A stretch of 64,000 nt of DNA. Source: Camelus dromedarius. Taxonomy: Eukaryota. The DNA lies in assembly GCF_036321535.1 (NCBI RefSeq), contig NC_087453.1, positions 14,818,001-14,882,000 of the forward strand. The letters are read 5' to 3'. Position numbers and translations under genes: made by a program. Under the pieces are notes generated by a model. That model was not told where the DNA came from and ran no database searches. It saw only the letters and a program-made list of their open reading frames with translations. Positions 25,946-38,900 of the stretch are shown piece by piece (position 1 is the first letter of the stretch; every line of letters starts with the position of its first letter).

Positions 25946-26030
25946 TTTTTTTTTTAATGGAGGTACTGGGGATTGAACCCAGGACCTTGTGCATGCTAAG
26001 TGCACACACACTCTACCACTGACCTATACC
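25946..26030 (-). mobile_element. tRNA-Ala-derived SINE (Vic-1-like) with internal (CA) expansion
   Basis: tggaggtactggggattgaacccaggaccttgtgcatgctaagtgcacacacactctaccactgacctatacc. Confidence 0.88.
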
Positions 26031-26964
26031 TGGCCCAGTCTGTTGGTTCTTAAATCCTTTACAGCTGACCTGGAGCCTGTTTATCTAGATTCAAATCTTT
26101 GTGTCTTTTCCAGGAATATTGTAGATTGATAATTTTGAATCAGAGAATTGTGTTTTACTATTAACAGTACGGTTTATGAGTTAGCATTGTTGCCTGTTTT
26201 ATCAGTCAGCCTCCCTCAATTTCATCCTTGTGTTCCTAGATGCTCGTCTCTATTTAAATGGTCAGTGTGATGTAAAATGTTGTCGTTAACTGTGGTCCAT
26301 CATCTGCAGTCTGTTCCTTTTAGGGCCAGTTTCAAAGTGGTAATTTAATGTCCTCCTTGGTAGAAGCTGAAACAAAGACATTATTTAGGCTCTTTACCTT
26401 TTCCCCCACTGACCTTGAGACACATGGAAGAAATATTTTTTGTCTTACATTTTTAATCCTCAGCAGATGCCTCTTCCAAGCTCTCAACAAAGGTACCTTA
26501 AAAATAAAAGCGTTCCTAGTGGATTATTGACTTTCGAGATTATAACTTTATATTTTTTGTTACTAATGTCTGCCTTTTGGGGTACTTCCCCCCTTTTCAA
26601 CACTGGCCAGTTGTGCTGCATTTCTTGGGTTTCCCTTCTCCCTCTGGGATATCCCTGCTCTGCCACTCCCTTGGAATATTAATTTGACAAATTGCTTTAT
26701 CTCTGCACCGATTATCTTGTCTGTAAAATGAGGGGTAGACTAGACAACTCTCTAGGGTTCCTGAGAGTAGAGTTGCTGGGACATCTGGTAGGTTTGTATT
26801 TACTTTTATAAAGAACTACCTGACTTTTTCCCAAAGTGGTTGTATACGCCATCACATTAATGTTTCTAACCAAGTATAATCATGCTGGTCTTGTGGCCTA
26901 GCATTCGTCATCGGCTCCCTGGGATGTCATAAGATGCTCAGCGAGATGAGGGTTAGCTTTTTGG

Positions 26965-27143
26965 CCACAGGTGTCAGATCCAGGCTCCTCTGCTCCCTCA
27001 TTGTATGGCCTTGGACACATCACTTAACATCAATAATCTTCCATTATTCCGTGTACAAAATAGGTGTCATCTTACTAAGCTTGCAGGATTGTTGGAAAGC
27101 TACGACACGTATTCATTGACTGTTAGCTGCTGCTGCTGTTATT
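26965..27143 (+). mobile_element. MIR SINE
   Basis: ccaggctcctctgc...ccttggacacatcacttaac...tgttagctgctgctgctgttatt. Confidence 0.6.
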
Positions 27144-28526
27144 GCCTAAAGAATGAGTATCTAGTTACCAGCACCTGCCTGAGCTCCCTGTTCAGCTGGT
27201 GAAGAGCCTCAGAAGAGAGGCCTTGACATGAGATAAGAGTTGAGGAGAGGGTCCCTCATTGACCCACTGGGAGCTGCCTTGGTGGAATTAGCTTTTCAGT
27301 GTGTTATCTTTGAGCCTCTTTAATAAACAAACCTGTGTCTCTTGGCTTTTCAGTGTGTCCACCCTTGCATGCTAAGCAAAAACTTGTCCCCTGAGGGCCA
27401 AGTGTTCCTGGCACAAAATTAAGTGACATCCCAGGGATGGTAATGTGCTCACAGGATCTAGGCTTTAACTGGGTACCTGTTACTGTATTGTTGGGTTTTT
27501 TATTGCCTTGTATTTTCTTTTCTTGTCTTTTTATTGTGGTAGAAAATGTATACTATAAAATTTACCTTCTTAACCATTTTCTTATATTTGATTAATTTAA
27601 ATTTCTTGTAAGTTTATTTAGTACCTCCTTTTCCTAAGCCATCATAAGTACTGAATCAGCAATGAGGTATTCAAACTCAGTTGTCTTCCTTTTTTTTTTT
27701 AAGTAGTGAATCCTGCCAGAATGACCAGTTCCCTCTGGATTTAGGCTTGTTTATAAGACGACTTTATTTATGATAAATATCCAAAAGAATCCTCCTTTTC
27801 TTTCATCTTTTTCTCCTGGGATTTTCAGTGTTATGTTTGGGAGTATCAGAGTAGGAAAGGGAACTGGAAAAAACAGAAAGGAAATATGCAGCTGAATTTT
27901 GCACTCTCTGTCACTCCCAGGGTGGGCCAAGGGTTCTGAGCAGAGATTGGAAACCAGAACGCCAGAGGGAAACCACACCACCTGGCAAGTGTCTGTGCCC
28001 TTTAGCACATACCAGGTCTCTTGTTAAGAGAGCAGGCTCACAAATAGAGCTGATCCCAAGCCATCATCCAAAGATGATTGGAACCATCTTCCTGGAAAGC
28101 CTGCTTGTCCCTCCCAGGCTCTCCTTAAATTATTTCTTTGTTCCCTGTAACTAGCAGCCACATTATTATCAGATTATCGGCAACCTTAGCTTGGTTATGA
28201 GATGACAAATGTACTTTGTAACACCAGACCTGAAAGGATGAGATGTAACTTCTGCTTCCAAAGGGATGTTTCCTTAAAGGTGGTCATGTTAGGAGGCTGC
28301 ACTTTTATTTGATGGTACTCAAAACCAGCTTTGAAACATCCTTTTTAGGGTTGCCTTGAACACCTGTGACTTCCTCTCCAAAGACATCTATCACAGTAAA
28401 GTGTCCTCCCTTATGATGGTTGGTTTTTGCAAGTAGCCAGAGGTTATTTGGTGCTGAGTCGGTGACAGCATTAGATGATCATACAGAAGAGCACCATTTT
28501 TAGTTAAAAATAAAAGGCATCATTTT

Positions 28527-29276
28527 TTTAGTGTTTTTTATTTTTATTTATTCATTTATTTATTTTTAACATTTTTTAATTGAGTTATAGTCTTTTACTA
28601 TGTTGTGTCAAATTCCAGTGTAGAGCACAATTTTTCAGTTATACATGAACATACATACATTCATTGTCACATTCTCTTTCACTGTGAGCCACCACAAGAT
28701 CCTGTATATATTTCCCTGTGCTACACAGTACAATCTTGTTTATCTGTTCTACATTTTGAAATCCCAGTCTGTCCCTTCCCACCCCCGTCCCCCTGGCAAC
28801 CACAAGTTTGTATTCTATGTCTATGAGTCTGTTTCTGTTTGTTTTTTGTTTTTTTTTGGTTTGTTTGTTTGTTTTAGATTCCGCGTATGAGCGATCTCAC
28901 ATGGTATTTTTCTTTCTCTTTCTGGCTTACTTCATTTAAAATGACATTCTCCAGGAACATCCATGTTGCTGCAAATGGNNNNNNNNNNNNNNNNNNNNNN
29001 NNNNNNNNNNNNNNNNNNNNNNNNNNNNNNNNNNNNNNNNNNNNNNNNNNNNNNNNNNNNNNNNNNNNNNNNNNNNNNNNNNNNNNNNNNNNNNNNNNNN
29101 NNNNNNNNNNNNNNNNNNNNNNNGTGTCATTTTGAAGTAGGGTTCCTTCTGGATATATGCCCAGGAGCGGGATTCCTGGCTCATATGGTAAGTCTGTTCC
29201 TAGTCTTTTGAGGAATCTCCATACTGTTTTCCACAGTGGCTGCACCAAACTGCATTTGCAGTGTAGGAGGGTTCCC
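28527..29276 (-). mobile_element. Relatively young 5'-truncated L1 with 16-bp TSD
   Basis: TSD taaaaggcatc(a/g)tttt at 28511-28526 and 29277-29292; minus [36 protein letters not shown]...PFAATWMFLENVILNEVSQKEKEKYH (ORF2 C-terminus). Confidence 0.92.
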
Positions 29277-29892
29277 TAAAAGGCATCGTTTTGAATGATC
29301 CAGATATTCTTGTTGAAAATCAGAACAGCTGAATGTTGATGCAGCTTGGTGATATACAAGAGTGAAGACTTGGGGAAATAAAGCAGCACATTCAGCTTGA
29401 CCCTGCATCCCTGTCACCCAGTGACATCACCTTTATTCATGAACACGTCTGAACAGTGACTTTGTGTATCAGCATGATAAATGCCATCCTGGATCAGAAC
29501 AGTGTGCCTAGGATTTTGTGTCTCCTAGTGGAATCTAAAGGTAGGAGTTTGTAGGAGACTCTTGTTGCCAGTTCTAGACATGGAGCTTAAAAGATGTTTC
29601 AGATTTCTGCACGTAACATGGAAACCCTTCAGGTTTTTATATATGAACTTCTTAGATAATATGCTGATAGCAGCCTGGTCCACAAAGGCCTGGCTCCACA
29701 AGGGCAAAGGCAAACACAAATAATGTGTGTCCTGTTTGGCACTCTGTGCCCATGGCCTGGCACAGGAGGAACTGCCACACTGTAGGCGCTCAGGAGATGT
29801 GGGACAGATCCGTGCGTTCAGAGTTAATATCACTATGCATGTGAAGCATGCGGTGGAGGAGTAATATGCTTGTTTTTCTCTCTCTTTTACAG

Positions 29893-30413
29893 TTGTCGCA
29901 TTTAAAAGTTCTGAATCACTCCCCAATGTCTGATGCTTCTGTCAATTTTGACTACAAATCCCCCTCCCCATTTGACCACAGCACTAACCAGGAAGAGAAA
30001 ATTGGAGATGTTGCCAGTCACTGTCTGCCCCAGAAGGACCTGTTCGCTGCTGAAGAGGACGCCGAGACCCCTTTGCCCAGGAAAACGACATCCCATAATG
30101 GGACGGAGGACAGTGGAGGAGGAGGCACTGGCGTGAAGAAGAAACGGAAGAAAAAGGATCCAGGAGAGCAGGAGGGGGCAGCAAAGGGAAGCAAGGACAG
30201 GGAGCCCAAGCCAAAGAGGAAGCGAGAACCTAGAGAGCCAAAGGAGCCCAGGAAGGCCAAGGAGCCCAAGAGGATCAAGGAGCCCAAGGAGCCCAAGCCG
30301 AAGGACGGGGCCAGGAAGGCGCGGAAGCCCCGGGAGGCCTCGGGCGCCAGGGAGGCCAAAGAGAAGCGGAGCAGCACTGACTCGGCAGCCAGGGCCAAGT
30401 CCAGGAAGGCCAG
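29893..30413 (+). CDS. CHD6: CHD6 exon 3 (521 nt; LSHLKVLNHSPMSDAS...AARAKSRKA), basic low-complexity N-terminal region
   Basis: Acceptor ctcttttacag ends 29892; donor CAG|gtgcgt at 30414; phase 0 to 2; contains KKKRKKK and KEP-type repeats. Confidence 0.96.
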
Positions 30414-32177
30414 GTGCGTACCTTTCTTCCCGCCCGTGCCCTGGGCCCTGCCTCCATGGAGCACTTGGTCTCTGGCCTTACTCCAGCCCCTGAACATGAC
30501 TGCCCCACTTTCAGCCAAAATAAACCATTTCTCGCCTCCTGATGAGAGAAAGATAGGCTTAATTAATACTGTCCCTGTAGTTTCTTGACATTCCCTTTGG
30601 ATTAAAAATAATTAAAATATGCTAGCACGCACAGGGTATAAGGGCAGGGCTGTCACAGGTGTGATATTGGGGGGCAGTGATTTGGGGAACAGCAGCACTG
30701 TAGAGTGGCAGAGGAGCAGCTGTCAGGAGGGTGCACAGCCCTGGGGATCGGTATTGGGGGTCTGGGCGAGCCATGACTATGTGCAGAGTTCCAGACGTGA
30801 AAGAATTGCCTGGCTTCCCTAGGCTACAAGCTCTCTAGTGCAGGCCCTTTCCTGGTCTGTTTCTCTCATTTGATGTCCAACATAGTGCCTGATGCATCAG
30901 CAGGTGCTCAAGAATTGATAAGTAAAGGAGACCAGAGGAGATAGACTGAAGTGACTTGACCAGAGAGCACAGGGCACAGGGACGAATTTGCTGCGGGGGT
31001 GATGTGGGGCGTCCTGGCAATAGATTCCATCAAGATCGAAACACACTCCTTATTCAGGGAGTTCAGTGTTTGTCATCTGTACACAACTGTAATGCTTTTT
31101 GTTTTGTCTCTTTCTAAATTCTTGATGCAGAACATGATGTTTAAGCTATTTGAGGACATGCAAAACAAAAAATACATTTAAGGGGAATTTAAGTTTCTGA
31201 AATCTAAGTACAGAGGCAGAGTGTAGACCAGAAGCACCCATAAAGAGGTAGAGGTTGATGTGAATGCTAACAGAATAGAAAGTAATGGGGCCATCAGACC
31301 TGTATGGGGTCAGGCAGAGAGGAAGTAAGTTTTAAAGAGAGAAAGTGTTTGAGGTGGCGTGTGCTGCTACTCAGAGTTTACTAGATGGGTCAGTTCATTT
31401 TCAGAAGGACAGTTTGCTGGGACCAGATGGATACGTTTCTAATCCAAGTTAAAACTGCCTTGTAATATTCACTCCCTTCTTTCTGGCAGGGGATTTTACC
31501 TTTGTTTATCATAGAGGCTTGGGTGGGATCCCAGAAGTGTAGTTCACAGAGAATGGTCATAAAATACTTCACCAGGCCAAGAAGTGGGTAAAATCAGGAG
31601 TCTGACCAGTGAGCAACTTGTGGGCTCTGTTTCTCAGTGAACCCAGTGCACACGCTCTGATCTCTGATATGTGTGGAGTGACAGACTTGAGTTTCTATCT
31701 TCTGCCAATAACTTTCATCTCCAGATTACTTTGGAGAAGCTGAAATGGTTCTTGAGGGAGAATCAGATGTGAGCTGGTGGAGTGACTTACTTTGGTTATT
31801 ACAAGAAACAAAGATCCTCAAGGATGGTGTTTTAGAATTAGGGCAATTAGTAGAGAGTCGGACAGCTCTGATAAGGAGTTTGGTCTGTGTGTAGAAGGCA
31901 GTAGAAAGTCATAGGTATCTGAGCTCACTTTAGCCACTGGTCTGTGGTGCTTACAATTTCATCAGCTTCTTGAAGGAATTTGTTTTTACTTTGTGTGGAA
32001 TATGAAATAAGGTGATCGGTATACAGACATTGCCATTGATTCCATTTTAGGGCAGTGAGGAGGCATTTCACAAAACAAGGTTGTGTGTCAGATGTATATG
32101 TAGCAATAATAAGGGAGCTGATTAGGCTGTACAAAATATAAGTGAGTTGAAGAAGTGCTTCTAAGTCTGCTAACTTA

Positions 32178-32326
32178 GGGGAGGGTATAGCTCAGTGGTA
32201 GAGGGCATGCTTAGCATGCATGAGGTCATGGGTTCAATCCTCATTACCTCCATTAAATAAAAAATAATGACAATAAATAAATAAACCTAATTACCCGCCC
32301 CCCCCAACAAAAAAAGAAAACAAAAA
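32178..32326 (+). mobile_element. Full-length tRNA-Ala-derived SINE (Vic-1-like) with 17-bp TSD
   Basis: ggggagggtatagctcagtggtagag (A box), gggttcaatcc (B box), aaataaataaacctaattac segment, A-rich tail; TSD ctaagtctgcta(a/g)ctta at 32161-32177 and 32327-32343. Confidence 0.93.
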
Positions 32327-35300
32327 CTAAGTCTGCTAGCTTAGAAGACAGCAGAACCTCTTGAGATTTAGAAATCAGGAGACACCCTCTGAGAGCATGC
32401 TGGCAGATGGGGCTGGTTATCTGTTTGAAAATGCTTTCAGCCTCCCTCAATTTGAGGGCTGTGTAGGATTGACCTGTTAACATAATGGAATTCTTCTGTG
32501 TAGCCCAGATAGGGTTCTGGACTGGTGAGCCTTTCATTTCTAGTATTTTATATATTTATAATACTGCTTTGGCTCCTTTAATTTATGATCTCACTGGTCA
32601 GCAGAAGCAGTTCCAGTTCTGAAAGGACATTAATTGGTAAAAAATATGTTGGTAATTAAGTCTTGTTTTTGTGCTCTCTGATTTACTCTCTTGCAGATTA
32701 GCTCAAGTACATGTTTTGATTTGAGCCTTTATCGATTAGCCCCTGGATAACACTCGTGGTTACAGATGATTCACTGGATGCTTGGATTGTTGGAGGAGCC
32801 TCACAGCTGATTTAGGGGCTTCCCGTCTTTTCCTACTTCAGTCCCTCTTGCCAGCTGCCACCTGGCTAATCTTTCTGAAGCCCTGCTGTTATCTTATTTA
32901 TGTTTGTGATTGTTGTTGGTGGTCAGTCAAACCCCCTCTTCTACTCTCTCCATTCCAAACCAGCTGGGAAATAGTCAACAGAGATGGAGATGCAATTATC
33001 AGCTTTATTATTGATAAACTAGATTGAAGAACTTCCACTGGCTTGCACCCCGAATCCAGCTTCAGTTAGTCCCTCAGTTGAGTTTATCCCCCAGAACTGC
33101 AAGCATGTCCTTGAGGCAAAGAGTAGACTCTGGGCCGTGTATGCTCCATTCCTTTTCCCAGTCTCACCAGTCCCGCAGGTCCTCAGTCAGGGAAGTGAGA
33201 GGAGTTAGAAGAAGGGCTGAAAATATGTTTCCAATATTGTTCCCTCCTTGGGAGTAAAACCTGGTTTTTCTCGTGAAAACATGGGGACAGGGAAATGGGG
33301 TTCTCTCTAACAATTTATACCTGCATAGAAACGTCTGATTGTTGCTCCTGCCTCCAGGACAAAATCCAGGCTCCTTTTTTTTTTTCTGTTGTTCAAACTG
33401 TTGGTGGTCTGACATCTCTCTGCCTCCTGGTCTTGCCAGCTAGGTTGATCTCATGAGGCCTTAAGTAAGGTACCCGCCGCGTTCGTTCCTCCTTTGGATT
33501 GCTCCTGCTGTTTCTCCAGCATTACGCCTCTTGTCCTTCTCTCCGTAACCCACGTCCTTCACATTCTTCAGCTCTGAGTGCAAGTCCCAGTTCCTCCACA
33601 GAGCTTCCCCTTCAAGGTGCCAGTGTGTTTCCTCTGAACTTCCCTAGCACCTGGTGCCTCACTCGCATCATAAATCAAAAGACTTTTAGACCTTGAAGAG
33701 TAAGCAAGATCTAGTCCAACCCTGCCACATTGCAGCCAGGGAAACAGAGCCCCACAGGGGAATAACTTGTTTACAAGGGGGTGCCATAAACTCAGACCTC
33801 CTGACTCCCAGTCTTGTACGTTAACCTCTGCAGTAGGCTGCTTCTCAATCATAAACCAGTATTTTCATCTATGTATGACCTGTCTCCTCAACAAAAGATA
33901 AGTGCCTGAGGTCAGGACCAGTGTGCTTTGTATCTTTTATGTCCTGGGGTCAGTTACCAGAGAGGTTTGTCAGGTTGTTGGACACACAGAAGGGGTATGT
34001 GTGTGTTATTTATATATTTTTAGATAGATAGATTTCCTAGAACAAGTGAATAGAGCTCTTCTCTCTGAAAACAAGATCCATATAAGACATCACACAGTAA
34101 CTCCTATTGTTAAATAACAGTAGATGTTTATAATTAAATACTTTATTCTTACAAATTTTATAACTTTAGAAATGAAAACATCAAGGTAACTTGTCTGAGG
34201 CACCAAGCTAATGAGCAGCACTGTCAGAATTTGACTCCAGGCTCACCTGACTGTAAAACCCACTTATTCCTTCCATGGCTTCGTGCCTCTTTATGCCTTG
34301 CAGGGAAGGTCAGGAATGGAAAATGGTGGGGAGATTCCAGGTTTGGAGAAATTGGTCTCTCATTGGTAGGAAACAGCCCGTCTTCTACAGAATTTCAGTT
34401 CACACACTCCATTATATCCTCTCAAGGACTAAGATGGCCCCAACTTTTTCCTGTGCTGTTTCTCTTTGCATTTGAGTCAGCAGTAGATAACTGAGCACAG
34501 TTCTAAACAAGTGGTAGAGGCTAGCAAATTTGCCCTTTCCAGGATGATATTTATAGTGATGAATAGTGACTTACTGCTTAGGGGATAAAAGTTCAAAACA
34601 TTCAAGTAGGAGAAGCCTTAAAAAAAACAAAACAAAAAAAAAAAAACTATCCTCTCTTCCTTTCCCTCCAAACTATCTTGCAATGTGAGCTTAGTTCACT
34701 CCTTCATTGTTTAAAACTTAAGCAAGAAGGCTCCTCCAAGAAGCCAAGTTAGGCCTTCTGTCATTTCCCTGACTCTGAAATTTAAATTCACTTAGTATAG
34801 TTTATTTGCTTTTACTGTTTTTTAATTATACTGCCTTTTTCCTGAAGGGGATGGGGCCACTGGCATAAGAAGACATACAGAGGTATATGTACACATACAA
34901 ACAGACGCGCAGACCTGCATAGCTGCAGTGAGGGGCTCAGAGAGGTAGGCAGGTGTCATGTTTGTGGGGTCACGTAATGTTGATAAAGACTTTGGGAAAA
35001 TGCTTTGATACTAGAAAAGTGCTGTGCCATTTCCTCAGGGATGCCAAATTTTTACCAGTTGAGAAAGAAATTTCTCACTGGGGAACATTACATGATATAA
35101 TGGATACTGTCCTTAACAAATTCTTTTGCATCAAATGCTTCTAATGTGCCTGTGAATTTCATGTTTCTTTCTTGACATAGCCTTCAGTAAAAGTCAGCTT
35201 CCCGGCATTAAAGCACGGTTTGGTGACAGGAAAGACAGGCCATGCCAGCGGGTATGAGCCTGTCAGATGCTCTAACTCGGTATCCAAGGAGTACGTGAGG

Positions 35301-35526
35301 GGTAGGTTAATGGCCCTTTAAGGTTGCCCTCTCTCAAACCGGGAGCCACGCATTTTGACTGAGCTTTTGTAAGCCAGGATCTTGAGTGTTGATGTTCATG
35401 TTGTTGGTTGAGGGCAGAGCATAAGTTTTGGAATTTCTACACATGTCAGAATGGTTTACATTCTCTCTCAGAAGTCAAGAAATTAATCAGTATGCTGGCC
35501 CAAGTGGAGGGCTGTCTGTCTGGATC

Positions 35527-35704
35527 TCTGGTTCTCAAACTTGGCTGTGCTAAGGAACTACCTGGACAGTGTGTTAGAGAAGCAGAGTCCCTGACCATCT
35601 GCCAGAGAGAAGGATTTATTAGGTCTGGGGTGGAGCCCAGGAAACTGCAGTCCAAAAGTTGACTAGATGGAGTGTAGCTGGTTCCTAGACCATCCTTTGA
35701 GAAA
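35527..35704 (+). mobile_element. MER5A hAT-Charlie MITE
   Basis: ctggttctcaaacttggctgtgc...aggtctggggtggagcccagga...gaccatcctttgagaa. Confidence 0.8.
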
Positions 35705-36299
35705 GGTAAAAGATCACTGGGAAGATAGAGCGTATTTTCGTTTTTATATTTAACATCTGCTAGGAGTGAAAAAACCAAAAAGAAGAAAGAAATGAATGGT
35801 GTGTTTAGCCCCAATTTCTGTGCCTCAGCTTCTTGTCCCCACTTGCTTGAGTTTGTCAACCTGGACCAGATTTTTCTCCCAAATCCAGTAAGTATTATAA
35901 CATCCTGAGAGAAGGATTTTACCTTTTCTGATTTTTTTCTTTGATGGTTTCTTCTAGAAAGGTAAGCCCTAGACCTTCTGATTATATAACTGTTTGAACT
36001 GTGAGTCAGCTGATAACTGTGATGCAGGAATGGTAATAAAATTCAGCCAACTCAGCTCTGCTTCACTGTTTGAAGGTCAGTCACCTGTCTTTGTTTAGAG
36101 TGCAGATCTTTACTGAGGCTAGACTTAAGCTCAGGAGTGTCCACTGACAGGATTATTCTGTTGGAAACTTGTTTTTACGTTCTGATCATTTATTAGAAGA
36201 AAGAAGGCAAATAAATATAAGAACATGAATGAGTTCTGAGTAGAGACCCTCTGCCTGGCACCCACTGGACTTTATGTTAAGTAGGAAAGAAATCTAAAT

Positions 36300-36740
36300 G
36301 AAATCTAAGTGAAAAGCAGCAAAGAAGCAGGAAAAAGAGGAATGAGCAAGACAACTGGCCTCAGAAGAAACCATTCAAGGAAAAAGACTTGTAAAGATTT
36401 TAAGGTAGTTTCCTCGGATTCAAAATGACAGATACCGTGTCTGCAAAACAAGAATGGGTTATCACGAAAAAGGAGCAGTCAGAAAACAAGAAAGAACTAA
36501 TGAAAATTTAAAACATAGTTGCCTAAACTAAAAGAATTCATTTTAAAAAACTGAGCAGAGGAAGGCGTAGGAGAGATATATAAGATCTAAATTCACCAAC
36601 TTTCACATCAGGATCTAAATAGCTATTGCTTCATGTTGATAAGTAAAGAGCTAGAGGCATGAACATATTTGTTGTTAGGTGTCTCTAGAAAATAGGATTT
36701 GCAAGCAGGGATGGCTTGTTTGTTTCATTTGAAGCCATTC
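36300..36740 (+). mobile_element. HAL1/L1M-like degraded fragment
   Basis: A-rich ORF1-like text (aaggagcagtcagaaaacaagaaagaact); weak, approximate. Confidence 0.4.
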
Positions 36741-38119
36741 TACATTAAAAAAATTATTTTTCATTTGCTTCTATCACTTTTAATAAGATTATCTGTTAAA
36801 ACTGCCTTTTCATCTTACAAGTATATAATGTTTTTGTTGCTTTTTTTTTTTTTTTACTAGGATAATATATGTCACAAACTTGTATAATCTTTGTTTTGTA
36901 TGGTGCTCATGATATGATTAAAGGGACTGAGGACAGGGAGATATGGTTCACATTTTGTCTACAGCTGACTACATCTGTACTAAAACCGTTAGTTTTGGGT
37001 GTGTTTCTTTTTTTGCTTTTAGCCAGTTTCTTTAAAAATCTGTCCCCAGCTCAGTTCTCTGTGTATAGGCTGAACTAATAGGGGCATAAGGTAAGAGTTG
37101 GATTTAGTGTGCAGATGAGCTCTTTGGGGTAATGTCCATGTTTTCAGTATGGTACCTCCAGGAAGAGGATCAAAGCCTGTAGATTGGAAGCTTCTCTGAA
37201 GAGCTGTTTCTAGGATAGGGTAGTGATTCGCTGGCTAGGCTCCCCAGATGCATACATGTCTGTGAAGGCAGTTACTGGCATCATGAGCTGTTTTCAGTTA
37301 TTCTCCATTTGGGGATTATGGCAACTCACTGTGGCAGTAACTCATTCTTTCCTGCTCAGACTCTGATGGACGTTTTATAAGGTTTAATTTTAAAATGGAA
37401 AGATGAGTTATTTTGAAATAATGCAGTTTGTTTGGTAGATAAAATTTTTCAATACCTGGACTCCATGGGGGAAAGTAATAAAAGACTCACAATAGCGCAG
37501 TGTTGCGGCACAAACCCAGACTTTTTCCCTCATACTTAGATCCAGCACTCAGTTTCTAACTCTCAGTTCTAGCAAAGAAAAACTGGAGGTTGGGAACTGG
37601 AGATAGAGCTGGGAGAAAAGTTTGAGGAAGTTAGTCTATTTAGTTCCTTAATACTATAATTTCCTATGTGGAAGGCAAAAAGTTTACTTATTTTCCTCAT
37701 ACAAACTGCAGAAAATAAAGATGTATGAAATCTTCTTGGCTGATGAAGTTATGTAGAAGGCAGAGTGCGAGTGCTTGGGGCGGAGGCCTGCTGATACGCT
37801 GTTGGTAGTGGTGTCTTACAGTCCTGCATGGATGGTATGGTTTATATGTTGGAAGTTTCTTCCATGTCATAGATACAGTGATAGATGGTTTATTTAAAAT
37901 GGACATGTGGGTATAAGTTTTATTATAAAATCAAGTCTGGTTTTGTTACTAAAAATAAGTACTTTGAGCCTCTAAGATCTTCTCTGCCATATTTTTGTTT
38001 CTGTCTTATAAATTAGTTTGTTCTAACTTTGAAAGCTGTAAAAAGCAAGGATTATAAAAATAAGATTACTTTGATCCAGCCTTAAGTGCCATTAAATGGT
38101 GAGAGTATTAGGCCTTTGT

Positions 38120-38570
38120 ATACTTAGAACTCTTGGTTACAAGTGACATAAACCCAACTTGAATTAAATTTAAAAAGAAAAAAAGAAAAGTGGGCTCACT
38201 GGTTTAAGGAATCAGAACCAGGAGCTGCAGTTGAGGATTCCACAGCGTTCTTTGTCTCTGACCCTTCCGCCACCTCTTCGGGCGTCAGCTCCATCCTTGG
38301 CAGCTTTCCTTCCCAAAGTTGAATTGTGCCTGCCTGCAACCGTGGGCTTATATAACAGATTTATTTTCCTACCCACTCTGGCCAAAAATTATTATTATTA
38401 ATTCTTTTTTTTAAGGAAGGAGTTCTAAGTTGCCTTGGTTGGGTCATGTGTCCACCCCTGGACCAGTCGCTGTGGTAAAAGGACTAGGATAGCATAGCCT
38501 AGCCTCACCTGCTCACTCTTGTGGCCTGGGGAATCAGTATTGGTTATCAGCAAAAAGATGCTGAACAAAA
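38120..38570. mobile_element. MLT1J/K-like solo LTR
   Basis: ttagaactcttggttacaagtgacataaacccaactt and gggtcatgtgtccacccctggaccagtcgctgtgg resemble MLT1J/K hallmarks. Confidence 0.7.
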
Positions 38571-38639
38571 ACACAGTATTCACTTTAGCCGTGGAATAGG
38601 TGCATATCAGAATAATATTTATATATATTTATATGTTTT

Positions 38640-38900
38640 TTCCTCAGCCATTTGAGAATTAGTTGCAGGTATCATGCCTTTTTACCTCTAAATGCTCCAA
38701 TGCATCTTTCCTAAGAGTAAGGCCGTTTTCTTATATAACCATTGTCATATTTACATCTTCCCTCTTCCTTGGTGAGAACATAGCTCCTAACAGCAACACA
38801 CTGACTCACTTGGTTAATGCTATACCACATCTAACATGTTTTTAGAACTGCTTCACCTATACGCCTACCAAAAAGTTCAGAATTTGTTTGCTGTTCTCCC
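38640..38900 (-). mobile_element. L1MC4-like 3' end
   Basis: gccatttgagaattagttgcaggtatcatgcc...cctaagagtaaggccgttttcttatataacca. Confidence 0.7.

Noticed and set aside
30018-30518. 166-aa antisense ORF overlapping exon 3
   Set aside because: Explained by the repetitive purine-rich sense codons, which leave few antisense stops; no independent signal.
32178-32252. tRNA-Ala gene
   Set aside because: tRNA-like head is followed by a SINE body, A-rich tail and TSD, and five diverged copies exist; it is a SINE.
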